From an uncultured Oribacterium sp. (lineage in GTDB: Bacteria > Bacillota > Clostridia > Lachnospirales > Lachnospiraceae): a stretch of DNA of 64,000 nucleotides. Positions 8,184 through 18,090 of the stretch are shown here, one piece after another (the first letter of the stretch is position 1; each line of letters opens with the position of its first letter). The position numbers and the translations under genes were made by a program. A model generated the notes under the pieces. It made no database searches. It saw only the letters and a program-made list of their open reading frames with translations, and was not told the DNA's origin. The stretch lies in contig CALAOB010000098.1 of assembly GCA_937927445.1 (NCBI GenBank), forward strand, positions 6,515-70,514, written 5' to 3'.

Positions 8184-10754
8184 TTACTTCTTTTCTGCCT
8201 GCGCGGTCTCCGTCTGCGCCGTATCGCCCTGCTGTGCTTCCGCATCCTGATCCTTCACAGACGTCACCGTTTCTTTTTTCGTATGCCGTGTGCCGGCGGA
8301 CGGCAGGCGGCGGCCCTGGAACTTCAGGGTCTTTCCATCCTTGTCGACGCCGATACGGACACTGGAATTCTTCGTGATATGTCCACTCAGGATCTCCTCT
8401 GCGAGCTTATCCTCGAGCTCCGTCTGAAGCACCCGGCGAAGCGGACGTGCACCGTACTTCGGATCGTAACCTCGCTCGATGAGGAGGTTTGCTGCATCCG
8501 GATCGAGGTGAAGCCGGATATTCAGCTCCTCGAGTGCGTTCTTCACCATATCCTTCATCATGATGTCGAGGATCGCGCTGAGGTCCTCCTTCGTGATCGG
8601 CTGGAAGACGATGATGTCATCGACACGGTTCAGGAACTCCGGACGGAAGAGACGATGCACCTCTTCCATCACACGGGACTTGATGATCTGGTAGTTCTTC
8701 GCCTTCTCATCCCCACCGGTATCGAAACCGAGTCGCTTCGGGCTCACGATCTGCTCGGCGCCTGCATTGGACGTCATGATGATGATCGTGTTCTTAAAGG
8801 AGATCTTCCGGCCCTGGGCATCGGTGATATGACCATCATCGAGCACCTGGAGGAGGACATTCAGTACATCCGGATGGGCCTTCTCGATCTCATCGAAGAG
8901 GATGACGGAATATGGATTCCGGCGCACCTTCTCACTGAGCTGGCCACCCTCATCGTAGCCGACGTAGCCTGGCGGCGATCCGATCATCTTCGAGACGCTG
9001 TACTTCTCCATGTACTCGGACATGTCGACACGGATAAGATCCGCCTCGGAGCCGAACATCGCCTCGGCGAGTGCCTTACTGAGCTCCGTCTTACCGACGC
9101 CGGTCGGACCGAGGAACATGAAGGAACCGATCGGACGCTTCGGATCCTTGAGACCCACACGTCCACGACGGATCGCCTTCGCTACCGCGGACACCGCCTC
9201 GGTCTGTCCGATCACGCGCTTGTGCAGTGTTTCCTCAAGCCGCATGAGGCGCTCTGCCTCGCCCTCGGTGAGCTTCTCTACCGGGATACGGGTCCACTCG
9301 GAGACCACGCGGGCGATGTCAGCCTCGGTGACGTGGAGCTTATGCTCCTCCTTCTCCGACTGCCAGCGCTCGAGCGCACGCTCCAGCTTCGCCTTCTCCC
9401 GCAGCTGCTTCTTCTTGATCTGGGAAGCCGCTTCGAAATCCTCGCGGCGGATACAGTCTTCCTTCTCCGCATCCATCGCGTCGATCTTCGCACGGAGCTT
9501 CTTCATGCTTTCCGGTTCACCGGAGTGAAGGATCCGGATCTTCGACGCCGCCTCATCGATGAGGTCGATGGCCTTATCCGGCAGATAGCGGTCATTGATA
9601 TAGCGGACAGAAAGGGTGACGGCCGCCTTCAGTGCAGCATCGTCGATCAACACCTGATGGTGCTCCTCGTACTTCGACACGATGCCCTTCAGGATCGCAT
9701 AGCTCTCTTCCTCACTCGGCTCATCGATCGTCACCGGCTGGAAACGTCGCTCGAGCGCTGCGTCCTTTTCGATATGCTTCCGGTACTCATCGAGGGTCGT
9801 CGCGCCGATGATCTGGAGCTCCCCACGAGCCAGGGCAGGCTTCAGAATATTCGCCGCATCGAGTGCACCCTCGGCACCGCCGGCACCGATGATGGTATGC
9901 AGCTCGTCGATGAAGAGCAGGACCTGTCCGTTCTTTACAGTTTCGGCGATAACCCGCTTGATGCGCTCCTCAAACTCACCGCGGTACTTCGAGCCTGCGA
10001 CCATGCTGGAGATATCGAGCGACATCACGCGCTTCTGCAGGATGGTGTCCGGGACATCACCGGCAACGATACGCTCAGCCAGTCCTTCGACCACCGCCGT
10101 CTTGCCGACACCCGGCTCACCGATCAGACATGGATTGTTTTTCGTACGTCTGGACAGGATCTGGACGACACGCATGATCTCCCGCTCCCGGCCGATGACC
10201 GGGTCGAGCCTGCCTTCGGCTGCCATCGCGGTGAGGTCGCGCGCATACTGGTCCAGCGTCGGTGTATCCGAGGCCGGCTGCTGTGCTACCTGTGGTCGGC
10301 TCGTATCGTCGATGACGACATCGTCTCCGATGACGGCCATGATCTGCTGGTACATGCGCTGCGCATTTGCGCCGAGCGTCGCGATGATACGAGACGCGAC
10401 GCAGTTGGTATCCTTCAGCATCGCGATCAGGATATGCTCGGTTCCTACGAGGCGGGCACCGGCGCGCAGGGATTCCTGCATCGCGTTCTGCATGAGGCGC
10501 TTCGCCGATGGCGTATAGCCTGCACGCTCGCGGATCGTCACCTTCGTGTCGGAAGCGATAAACTTCGCGATCATATCGAGGATTTTCTGATCATCGATGC
10601 CGTTTGACTGCAGTACCTTCGCGGCCACAGCCGTCCCCTCACGACGGAGGCCGAGAAGGATGTGTTCGGTTCCTATGTACTGATGGCCCAGCTCCTCTGC
10701 CGCTTCGATCGCGAGCTGCAGCGCACGCTGTGCCTGTATCGTAAACTGATTCAT
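8184..10754 (-). CDS. clpC: ATP-dependent Clp protease ATP-binding subunit ClpC
   Basis: 856 aa with Clp_N repeats and two AAA+ modules. The middle region is short and UVR-like (ClpC type, not ClpB). Has an LGF ClpP-docking loop and sits next to radA. Confidence 0.9.
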   Translation of the reverse strand: MNQFTIQAQRALQLAIEAAEELGHQYIGTEHILLGLRREGTAVAAKVLQSNGIDDQKILDMIAKFIASDTKVTIRERAGYTPSAKRLMQNAMQESLRAGARLVGTEHILIAMLKDTNCVASRIIATLGANAQRMYQQIMAVIGDDVVIDDTSRPQVAQQPASDTPTLDQYARDLTAMAAEGRLDPVIGREREIMRVVQILSRRTKNNPCLIGEPGVGKTAVVEGLAERIVAGDVPDTILQKRVMSLDISSMVAGSKYRGEFEERIKRVIAETVKNGQVLLFIDELHTIIGAGGAEGALDAANILKPALARGELQIIGATTLDEYRKHIEKDAALERRFQPVTIDEPSEEESYAILKGIVSKYEEHHQVLIDDAALKAAVTLSVRYINDRYLPDKAIDLIDEAASKIRILHSGEPESMKKLRAKIDAMDAEKEDCIRREDFEAASQIKKKQLREKAKLERALERWQSEKEEHKLHVTEADIARVVSEWTRIPVEKLTEGEAERLMRLEETLHKRVIGQTEAVSAVAKAIRRGRVGLKDPKRPIGSFMFLGPTGVGKTELSKALAEAMFGSEADLIRVDMSEYMEKYSVSKMIGSPPGYVGYDEGGQLSEKVRRNPYSVILFDEIEKAHPDVLNVLLQVLDDGHITDAQGRKISFKNTIIIMTSNAGAEQIVSPKRLGFDTGGDEKAKNYQIIKSRVMEEVHRLFRPEFLNRVDDIIVFQPITKEDLSAILDIMMKDMVKNALEELNIRLHLDPDAANLLIERGYDPKYGARPLRRVLQTELEDKLAEEILSGHITKNSSVRIGVDKDGKTLKFQGRRLPSAGTRHTKKETVTSVKDQDAEAQQGDTAQTETAQAEKK

Positions 10755-10778
10755 GCTTTACCACCTTTCATGAAGGAT

Positions 10779-10807
10779 ATTCTAGTGCATTTCAGGATTT
10801 GAATCAA
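10779..10807 (-). promoter_or_regulatory. candidate clpC promoter (TTGATT-17-TAGAAT) overlapping the palindrome AATCAA-N2-TTGATT
   Basis: Hexamers with a 17-nt spacer lie between the upstream terminator and the AAAGGTGG SD. Motif only. Confidence 0.4.
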
Positions 10808-10845
10808 TCTTGATTTGAAGAGTCCCTCCCGGGTCCCCTGCCTGT

Positions 10846-10884
10846 CAAACAAAAGAAAGCCCGCAGCCGGAGCTGCAGGCTTCC
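10846..10884 (-). terminator. rho-independent terminator of the surface-protein gene pair
   Basis: GGAAGCCUGCAGC-UCCG-GCUGCGGGCUUUC followed by UUUUGUUUG, immediately after the stop at 10892. Confidence 0.75.
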
Positions 10885-10891
10885 TTTTGTT

Positions 10892-12508
10892 TTAAAGATC
10901 CTCGATATCCAGTCCGGAATCCTTCGGCATCCGGAAGGCTCTCGTGTGCTCGAGATCCTCCTTCTCCTCCTCCGGCTCTGACGGTGCATGCTGCACGCCG
11001 CCGAGATCATGGAGTGCGATCGTCGGCTCATCGACATCGTCGAGGTCCTCGATATCGAGACCACGCGTGTTCTCGGAAGAATCGCTTCCGGAGATTACCG
11101 CACGGTCCTCCGGCTTCAGGATGCGTGTCGCATCGAGATCGCTCTCCTCCGTATCCGTGTCATCATGAAGGTCTGCACTTCGCTTCGGAAGCTCTCCGAG
11201 CTTGTGAAGCGGGATCGTCTCCTCCAGTGAAGCTTTCTCGTCACTGGCTGCATCCATATCCACATCCTCGCTGGACGCAGACTTCACACGATTCTTTTCA
11301 GACGCATTCATGCGTCGAACCGTGCTGCTTCCACGACCATCGTGACGTCTGCTGACGAGCACAATAACAAATACCAGCAGGCCCAGGACCGCCACCGCCA
11401 GGATACAGGTCAGGATGAACATATGATTATACTGACGAACCAGTGCATCGTAGCGGTTTACGAGCTCAGGGTACTGTTCTGCATCCGCCTTCAGCTGCTG
11501 CTCGACCGGATCCTCGAAATAGCGCTGGATAGTCTTCTCCGTCAGGTCATAGCGGTAGAAATTCAGCTCACCGGCCTCGTTCATACCATAGACGATGCAG
11601 TACTGGTGATCGGTATCGAGCTTCCATACCCAGCCCTTTACCTGATGACCATCGATATCGATCGTGCTCTCTGCGAAGCCCGCCGGAATCTCGACATCGG
11701 AGCCCGGATTCATGATGGTGATGGTCTTATCCTTCGCGCTGAGCTTTACGCCCTCGTTTGTCGTCGCCGTGGTGGTCGTCGTATCACCGGCATTCGGTCC
11801 ACCCTCCTGCTTCGTTACGTCCAGTGTATAAACCGCCTGGCTCGTACCATCGGCGGCCGTCACCGTGATCGTCACGGTATTCTCGCCCATGCTTAACTGC
11901 TCGTTGCCACTCACCTGAACGGAAGCAGTGCTGTCCGCAGCGATGGCATTGATTGCCAGGGTATCAACCTCGGTACCAACGATGAGCGAATAGCTGGTCG
12001 TATCGGTGGCGAACGCCGGGCTCAGGGTACCTGGAGAAACGACCAGGGAAGAGAGCTGTGCGTTCGTCGATGCGGCGGCCGCGGAGCTGATCGTCACCGT
12101 GGAGGACCCCTGGTGCTCGAGCTCTGCGAAGCTCTCATCGGCGTCGTAGATGTTGTAATTCTGAACGGTCAGCGTGGCGGTGCCCGCAGACAGGGTATGG
12201 AACTTCAGATTATACTCGAGGGTTCCAGTGCCGCTACCGTTTGTACCACCATTGATCCGTACGGTGCCGGCACCTCCGGATGCGTCTGTACCACTGACAA
12301 ACTCGAGCAGATTCGCATCATAGGCGAGCGTTACATCGGCACGGGCCAGGGTCGCCTCGCCACTCGACACCTTCATCGTGACATTGACATCTGAACCGAC
12401 GGTGACGGATGGATCCGAGAAGGTGATGGCCGCGCTCGACGCGAGTGCCTGGATCGACAAAAGCAGGGTGAACAGAACTGTTGTTATGAAATATGAAAAA
12501 CGTTTCAT
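10892..12508 (-). CDS. type-I membrane surface protein: cohesin-like domain, cadherin-like beta-sandwich domain, one TM helix and an acidic cytoplasmic tail
   Basis: Start MKRFSYF with a signal peptide (AGAGG SD). The N-terminal segment resembles cohesin modules. NAQLSSLVVSPGTLSPAFATDTTSYSL is a cadherin-like motif. TM helix ILTCILAVAVLGLLVFVIVLV. The tail carries two GLDIEDL motifs. Confidence 0.7.
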   Translation of the reverse strand: MKRFSYFITTVLFTLLLSIQALASSAAITFSDPSVTVGSDVNVTMKVSSGEATLARADVTLAYDANLLEFVSGTDASGGAGTVRINGGTNGSGTGTLEYNLKFHTLSAGTATLTVQNYNIYDADESFAELEHQGSSTVTISSAAAASTNAQLSSLVVSPGTLSPAFATDTTSYSLIVGTEVDTLAINAIAADSTASVQVSGNEQLSMGENTVTITVTAADGTSQAVYTLDVTKQEGGPNAGDTTTTTATTNEGVKLSAKDKTITIMNPGSDVEIPAGFAESTIDIDGHQVKGWVWKLDTDHQYCIVYGMNEAGELNFYRYDLTEKTIQRYFEDPVEQQLKADAEQYPELVNRYDALVRQYNHMFILTCILAVAVLGLLVFVIVLVSRRHDGRGSSTVRRMNASEKNRVKSASSEDVDMDAASDEKASLEETIPLHKLGELPKRSADLHDDTDTEESDLDATRILKPEDRAVISGSDSSENTRGLDIEDLDDVDEPTIALHDLGGVQHAPSEPEEEKEDLEHTRAFRMPKDSGLDIEDL

Positions 12509-12635
12509 GCGTACCTCTATCATAAGTAGATTTTGATCGATGAGCACAGAGGCTTCATCGGATCCTGACGGCGGAACATAGGCGAAGCCAGGCAGCCTCG
12601 TTCAGCTGCCCGGCGATCCATAGCCTGATTTTATT

Positions 12636-14735
12636 TTACATCGGGCCGTTTGTTCCCGCAACCACATCCGTCACGACGGTTCCGGTCGGGCTCACGCCGA
12701 CCACCGGCGTCTGTGCATCCGTTACCGTCGTAGTTGTAGTCGTAGTCGTCGTGGTCGTCATACCCGGCATGGTCATACCAGCCTGCAGACTGACGGAGCT
12801 TCCGCTCATCATGCCCACCTGCATCGTGTTGCCGAGCTGTCCGCCTGCGGACTGGCTGATCGTGATCTGGTAGTTCCGCTGATCCCCGTTCTGTGCGGTT
12901 ACGGTGAGCGTCACGACCTTCGTCGGGGTATCCAGCAGGATCTGACCGGCACCGCTGATCTCAGCAGCGCTGTGATAAGCCGCGGCAGAGACATTGACCA
13001 TCTGCACGGACGGGTCGACGACGAGCGTATAGGATGTCGTATCGAGGTTGAAGCTCGGGGTCAGGGTGAAGCCATCGACCGCGAGATACTGCAGCTTGTT
13101 GTTCGGGTTGCCATCCTTCGTCGGCATCGGACACGGCGTCTCCGGCATACCGTTATAGACCGGGATGTTGAAAACCAGGATACCGGCACGCATCGTGTCG
13201 GTGTAGGCCTTTCCGAGGCTCTTACCCTCCTCGGCCGCACCGGCGGTGTTCGTCATGTACTGGTGTTTGTACATGTTCGAGCCCTGGACGTTGAAACGCT
13301 TGAGATACAGTGTATTCTGTCCCGCCGCAAGGTAGTTCTGCGCATAGAACAGCGCGCCACCGACGATCGCCTTCTCCGGTGTATTCCACGGACGGTTATA
13401 GCTGCCGGACTGCGCGGCATACCAGAGGCCACGCTCGACCGCCGTCATGCCGTTCGCCGCATAGGCACCGACGTTGAAGTAGTTATAGTAGCCGCTCGCA
13501 CCGGAGATCGAGCCGGACGTACCCTTACTGCCCTGCTCCTGGATGATCATCGCCGCGAGCATATACGGGCTGACCTTCGACTGCTCCGCTGCCTCCATGA
13601 TGATGTCGGCATAGGAAACGGTCACAGCGCCGGTCATCATGTTCGTCGTATTCGTCGTACCTGTCGCAGCGCTTCCCGCGCCCGGACCGCTGGTGCCCGG
13701 CATCACGGTCGTCGACATCGAATCCGTGCCCTCAAGCACATTGGCAGCGCTGATGGTCGTCGTACCGGCTGGCATCTGTGTATCGCCGGAAACATTGGCC
13801 GCACTCGCGGCACCCGGACCCTCATAGCCGAGCAGGGACTCTCCGTTGCCCGTCTGCGTCGTTGTGCCAATGCTGCCATCCGTCACTGTCTGGCCACTCA
13901 TCACGTTCGTGGACGCACTCAGTCCCTGGGCGGCGAGCGCCGTCGCATAGAGCGGGCTCGAAGCATCGATCGCGACCTGTCCATCCAGGAAGGTGCCCTT
14001 CAGCATGGAGCGAAGACCATCGATCGACTGGATATCAGCATTGTAATCATGCACCGCGAACTGGAATACATAGCTGTCGTCCAGGAAGTTCCGCGGGTCC
14101 ATGAAATAGGCGACGATTTCCTGCGATGCGCCGACCCAGGTCGCACCGTCGAAGCCCGGCCAGGTCGAAGTCGTCCAGTCAAACTTACCGGCATCGGTCG
14201 ACTTCCAGGAGGATTTCGAGCCGGTTTCGATCAGGCTCGAGGTGCCCTGCAACTCGGACGCGACCGCGGTATTCCAGTCGAGACCGGTCGGTACGGCATT
14301 GAAGATCCAGGTCGGATGCTGTGCATGCAGGGTACGAAGTCCGGACTTGTAACTCTCCGGGAAGCCCTGCTGTGCGAGGTAGGCCTCGAAATTCGCATCT
14401 GCGGTATAGGCTACGGTCTGCGTAGACACGAGATCCGAACGCACATAACCGGTCACGCCGCCGGCAGAAATCTGATACCAGACCTTCCCGTCACTGCCCG
14501 TCGTCTGATTCAGGATCGAGACTGCCGTGTTGTTTCCGAGGGAGGTCACCAGCTGACTCGAGGTACTGGCCGCCGCACGGACATTGACATTCGTCCCGCG
14601 GATGACCGCCGCCTGTGCCGCGTACGCGGTAGGAAGTGCATTCAGCGCGGTTCCGGCCGGTGTCAGCAGGAGGCTGAGTGAAAGCAGCGCCGTACCGAAG
14701 CGGTGCTGAAGAGATGTCGTTCTATGTTTTTTCAT
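12636..14735 (-). CDS. secreted peptidoglycan hydrolase: SH3b domain, N-acetylglucosaminidase-like domain and cadherin-like domain
   Basis: Signal peptide present. The SH3b-like segment is VIRGTNVNVRAAAS...GYVRSDLV. The glucosaminidase-like core is SPYMLAAMIIQEQGSKG...YYNYFNVGA. C-terminal cadherin-like motif LTPSFNLDTTSYTL, then a poly-Thr run. The start is 14735 (GGAG SD) or 14750. Confidence 0.75.
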   Translation of the reverse strand: MKKHRTTSLQHRFGTALLSLSLLLTPAGTALNALPTAYAAQAAVIRGTNVNVRAAASTSSQLVTSLGNNTAVSILNQTTGSDGKVWYQISAGGVTGYVRSDLVSTQTVAYTADANFEAYLAQQGFPESYKSGLRTLHAQHPTWIFNAVPTGLDWNTAVASELQGTSSLIETGSKSSWKSTDAGKFDWTTSTWPGFDGATWVGASQEIVAYFMDPRNFLDDSYVFQFAVHDYNADIQSIDGLRSMLKGTFLDGQVAIDASSPLYATALAAQGLSASTNVMSGQTVTDGSIGTTTQTGNGESLLGYEGPGAASAANVSGDTQMPAGTTTISAANVLEGTDSMSTTVMPGTSGPGAGSAATGTTNTTNMMTGAVTVSYADIIMEAAEQSKVSPYMLAAMIIQEQGSKGTSGSISGASGYYNYFNVGAYAANGMTAVERGLWYAAQSGSYNRPWNTPEKAIVGGALFYAQNYLAAGQNTLYLKRFNVQGSNMYKHQYMTNTAGAAEEGKSLGKAYTDTMRAGILVFNIPVYNGMPETPCPMPTKDGNPNNKLQYLAVDGFTLTPSFNLDTTSYTLVVDPSVQMVNVSAAAYHSAAEISGAGQILLDTPTKVVTLTVTAQNGDQRNYQITISQSAGGQLGNTMQVGMMSGSSVSLQAGMTMPGMTTTTTTTTTTTVTDAQTPVVGVSPTGTVVTDVVAGTNGPM

Positions 14736-14814
14736 GAATATGTGCTCCATTACTAAGATTACGTAAAAAGAAGTGGTCGCCGGATGTTCATCTGCCTGCC
14801 CTCACGCATCGATC

Positions 14815-14834
14815 CGATCGATTTCGATCGATTT
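14815..14834. repeat. 10-bp perfect tandem repeat CGATCGATTT x2 within a cluster of four GATC sites (14811-14839)
   Basis: Read directly from the sequence. GATC sites at 14811, 14816, 14826 and 14836. Confidence 0.9.
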
Positions 14835-14982
14835 TGATCTATTCTCGTGCTTCGAGGCGAGCGAAAAACGGACGAAAACACCTGAAACCACTTCTACAGT
14901 ATATCGATTTCTGTAGCATGCTTCAATCGCAAAACGAATTATTAATAGAAGCGATCAGTTTTTGTAAAGAATTTGTCAGGAA

Positions 14983-15022
14983 ATCAACAAAAGAAGCCCC
15001 GGACCTTTCAGTCCAGGGCTTC
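14983..15022 (-). terminator. rho-independent terminator of the decarboxylase operon
   Basis: GAAGCCCUGGAC-UGAAAG-GUCCGGGGCUUC followed by UUUUGUUGAUUU, about 28 nt after the stop at 15050. Confidence 0.8.
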
Positions 15023-15049
15023 GATATGGAAAGGATAAATCAGTTCAGA

Positions 15050-16456
15050 TTAAACTGGATACGCCTTGTTCTCCTTGTCGCCAGCGGTTGCGGCGAAGCC
15101 GGTCTGCTGTGCGTCACGGTAAGCAAAGAAATCCTTCGCTACAGCCGGGAACAGAGCGTAATCAAGTACGTCCTCCGGTGTCGGGTTCTTCACGAGCTTC
15201 TTGGTCTCCTCGGTGAACTGAGCCATCTGCGGAGCGATATGATCTGCAGGACGGTCGGTCATCTGGGTCTCGCCAGCCTTCAGAACCTTCTTCATCATCT
15301 CCGGATCCATCGGCTTTACAGTGCGGCCGAACTCTCCGGCAACGAGCTTGTGAGACTCCTTCGGAACCATCTTATAACGCTCGCCGGTCAGGACGTTCAT
15401 AACGGCCTGTGTACCAACGATCTGAGAAGACGGTGTTACGAGAGGCGGCTCACCGAAGTCCTTACGAACTCTCGGTACTTCCTCGAGAACGGCATTCAGC
15501 TTATCGATCTGACCAGCCTTGTCAAGCTGAGAGATGAGGTTACTGAGCATACCGCCTGGTACCTGGTAACGAAGGGTGTTGACATTTACGCCGAGCACCT
15601 TCGTAGACATAAGGCCGGACTTCAGGCACTCCTCACGATACGGTTCGAAGTACTTGGAAACCTCGATGAGCTTGTTTACATCGATGCCTGTATCGTACTC
15701 TGTACCCTCGAACGCCTTGACCATAACATCGGTCGAAGGCTGTGATGTACCGAGTGCAAACGGAGTGGAGGCGGTATCGATGATATCTGCACCAGCCTCT
15801 ACGCACTTCAGGTAGGTCATGGAAGCCATACCGGAGGTGTAGTGGGTGTGGATCTCGATCGGAAGGGAGGTTCCCTTCTTGAGTGCCTTCACGAGGTCAT
15901 AACCTGCCTGCGGAAGCAGAAGGCCTGCCATATCCTTGATGCAGAGGGAATCTGCGCCGAGGGACTCAACATCACGTGCGAGGTTCTCCCAGTACTCGAG
16001 GGTATAGGCATCACCGAGTGTATAGCAGAGTGCGATCTGAGCGTGGCCGCCCTCCTTCTTGGTTGCCTTTACAGCGGTCTCGAGGTTACGGATATCGTTT
16101 AAGCAGTCGAAGATACGGATGATATCGATACCGTTTGCGATGGAACGCTCAACGAAGTTCTCTACAACATCATCTGCATAGTGATTGTAACCGAGGATGT
16201 TCTGGCCTCTGAAGAGCATCTGGAGCTTCGTGTTCTTGAAGTGCTTACGAAGCATACGAAGTCTCTCCCATGGATCCTCCTTCAGGAAACGAAGGCAGGA
16301 ATCGAAGGTCGCACCGCCCCAACACTCTACGGCGTTGTAACCGATCTGATCCATGGTGTCCAGAATCGGCTCCATCTCGGAGCTCGGCATACGAGTTGCA
16401 ATTAATGACTGGTGTGCATCACGCAGCACAGTCTCAGTGATTTTTACTTTAGCCAT
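15050..16456 (-). CDS. oxaloacetate/pyruvate carboxyltransferase subunit (OadA / transcarboxylase-5S type) lacking a biotinyl domain
   Basis: 468 aa. MAKVKITETVLRDAHQSL is the HMGL-like TIM-barrel start. No AMKM motif anywhere in the protein. Confidence 0.85.
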   Translation of the reverse strand: MAKVKITETVLRDAHQSLIATRMPSSEMEPILDTMDQIGYNAVECWGGATFDSCLRFLKEDPWERLRMLRKHFKNTKLQMLFRGQNILGYNHYADDVVENFVERSIANGIDIIRIFDCLNDIRNLETAVKATKKEGGHAQIALCYTLGDAYTLEYWENLARDVESLGADSLCIKDMAGLLLPQAGYDLVKALKKGTSLPIEIHTHYTSGMASMTYLKCVEAGADIIDTASTPFALGTSQPSTDVMVKAFEGTEYDTGIDVNKLIEVSKYFEPYREECLKSGLMSTKVLGVNVNTLRYQVPGGMLSNLISQLDKAGQIDKLNAVLEEVPRVRKDFGEPPLVTPSSQIVGTQAVMNVLTGERYKMVPKESHKLVAGEFGRTVKPMDPEMMKKVLKAGETQMTDRPADHIAPQMAQFTEETKKLVKNPTPEDVLDYALFPAVAKDFFAYRDAQQTGFAATAGDKENKAYPV

Positions 16457-16472
16457 TTTATCTCCTCTTTCA

Positions 16473-17621
16473 TTACTTCACGCCGTAAACAGCCATGAAG
16501 GTACCGGCTGCTACAGCAGTACCGATAACGCCTGCTACGTTCGGGCCCATGGCCTGCATGAGCAGGAAGTTTGTAGGATCAGCCTCAGAAGCCACCTTCT
16601 GGGATACACGCGCTGCCATCGGAACGGCAGATACACCGGCAGAACCGATGAGCGGGTTGATCTTATGACCAGAAACGACATACATGATCTTACCGAGAAC
16701 GACGCCGGCAGCGGTACCGAATGCGAAGGCAATCAGACCGAGGGCAACGATCTTCAGGGTATCGAGATTCAGGAATGCCTCAGCGGAAGTAGCACCACCT
16801 ACAGACGTACCGAGCATGATAACGACGATGTACATCATCGCGTTCGATGCGGTCTCTGTGAGCTGCTTTACGACACCGGACTCCTTGAACAGGTTACCAA
16901 GCATCAGCATACCTACGAGCGGAGCCGTGGTCGGAAGAAGGATACATACGATGGTCGTAACGATGATCGGGAAGAGAATACGCTCAAGCTTCGATACCGG
17001 ACGAAGCTGTGGCATTCTGGTCTTTCTCTCCTCCTCGGTGGTCAGCGCCTTCATGATCGGCGGCTGGATGATCGGAACGAGCGACATGTAGGAATATGCC
17101 GCAACGGCGATCGGTCCGAGCAGAGAGGTCTGTCCGAGCTTATTGCACAGGAAGATGGAGGTAGGTCCATCGGCTCCACCGATGATGGAGATGGCTGCCG
17201 CAGCGGCTCCGTTGAAGCCCATGAAAATCGCCATGAAATAAGCGGCATAAATACCAAACTGTGCAGCTGCACCGAGCAGGAAGGTGATCGGGTTTGCAAT
17301 CAGCGGGGAGAAGTCGGTCTGTGCGCCTACGCCCATGAAGATCAGGGACGGAAGAATCGTCCACTCATCCAGATGGAAGAAGTACCAAAGCAGTCCGCCT
17401 GTTCCATTGATGGAATCCTCCGGGCTCAGCATGATGTCCGGATAGATATTTACGAGCAGCATACCGAAGGCGATCGGAACCAGAAGAAGTGGCTCGAAGC
17501 CCTTGGCGATGGCAAGATACAGGAAAACGAATGCGACGATGATCATCAGCACATTTCCCCATGTCATGCTTACGAATGCTGTCTGCTGGAGCAGGTTTGT
17601 TAAGGTTTCTAATATATTCAT
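16473..17621 (-). CDS. Na+-translocating decarboxylase beta subunit (OadB/MmdB/GcdB family)
   Basis: 382-aa polytopic membrane protein with a typical family sequence. Sits within the decarboxylase operon. Confidence 0.9.
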   Translation of the reverse strand: MNILETLTNLLQQTAFVSMTWGNVLMIIVAFVFLYLAIAKGFEPLLLVPIAFGMLLVNIYPDIMLSPEDSINGTGGLLWYFFHLDEWTILPSLIFMGVGAQTDFSPLIANPITFLLGAAAQFGIYAAYFMAIFMGFNGAAAAAISIIGGADGPTSIFLCNKLGQTSLLGPIAVAAYSYMSLVPIIQPPIMKALTTEEERKTRMPQLRPVSKLERILFPIIVTTIVCILLPTTAPLVGMLMLGNLFKESGVVKQLTETASNAMMYIVVIMLGTSVGGATSAEAFLNLDTLKIVALGLIAFAFGTAAGVVLGKIMYVVSGHKINPLIGSAGVSAVPMAARVSQKVASEADPTNFLLMQAMGPNVAGVIGTAVAAGTFMAVYGVK

Positions 17622-17683
17622 ATGTTTTTATAACCTCCAGTACAGCAAAATCAAATCAACACTTGACACGATCTGATCCGAGA

Positions 17684-17917
17684 TCAGTTCAGAGTTGCAA
17701 GAGTTGCACCTGACTCTACTGAATCACCAACAGAAACGTTGATGGAAGCTACGGTGCCATCCTGAGGTGCTACGATGTCGTTCTCCATCTTCATGGCCTC
17801 AAGTACGAGGATCACGTCACCGCTCTTTACAGCATCGCCGACGTTCTTCTTTACTGCGAGGATCTTACCTGGCATCGGGGACTCTACCTTTACGGCACCC
17901 TGTGCGCCGGCCGGAGC
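17684..17917 (-). repeat. biotinyl-domain coding repeat, copy 1 (paralogous to 18091-18324)
   Basis: The encoded 77 aa differ from copy 2 at only a few positions. The DNA has scattered synonymous differences but is near-identical in the 5' portion of the repeat. Confidence 0.85.
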
Positions 17918-18052
17918 TGCGGCTGGAGCCGGAGCGGCTGCTGGTGCTGCTGCAGGAGCAGCTGCTGCCTTCGGTGCAGATGCTACGCTGCCACCCTCTT
18001 CTACGGTTACGTCATAAGCGACGCCATTTACGGTAATAGTATATTTCTTCAT
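17684..18052 (-). CDS. biotin carboxyl carrier subunit (1.3S / MmdC-like)
   Basis: 122 aa with an Ala/Pro linker and a biotinyl domain carrying EAMKMEN. Confidence 0.9.
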   Translation of the reverse strand: MKKYTITVNGVAYDVTVEEGGSVASAPKAAAAPAAAPAAAPAPAAAPAGAQGAVKVESPMPGKILAVKKNVGDAVKSGDVILVLEAMKMENDIVAPQDGTVASINVSVGDSVESGATLATLN

Positions 18053-18090
18053 TTTAATACCTCTCGAATTCTAAAGGGCTATACCCCAAC

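Noticed and set aside
8151-10607. Very long plus-strand ORFs (818 aa here; also 44452-45840, 46766-48286, 53382-55136, 61229-62956, 3770-4891 and others)
   Set aside because: Each lies antisense to a confidently recognised minus-strand gene. Each has the Arg/His/Asp/Leu-rich, motif-free composition typical of shadow frames in GC-rich coding DNA. None has a convincing SD.
12548-12635. Possible additional copy of the palindrome family or a terminator between the two surface-protein genes
   Set aside because: Only short 6-bp stems are present (ggcagc/gctgcc, ggcttc/gaagcc). There is no U-tract and only vague resemblance to the repeat termini.
14751-14990. c-di-AMP (ydaO) riboswitch upstream of the peptidoglycan hydrolase
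   Set aside because: I could find none of the conserved ACGGGG / GGGGACC-type blocks and no pseudo-two-fold symmetry. The region is kept only as an unclassified structured leader.
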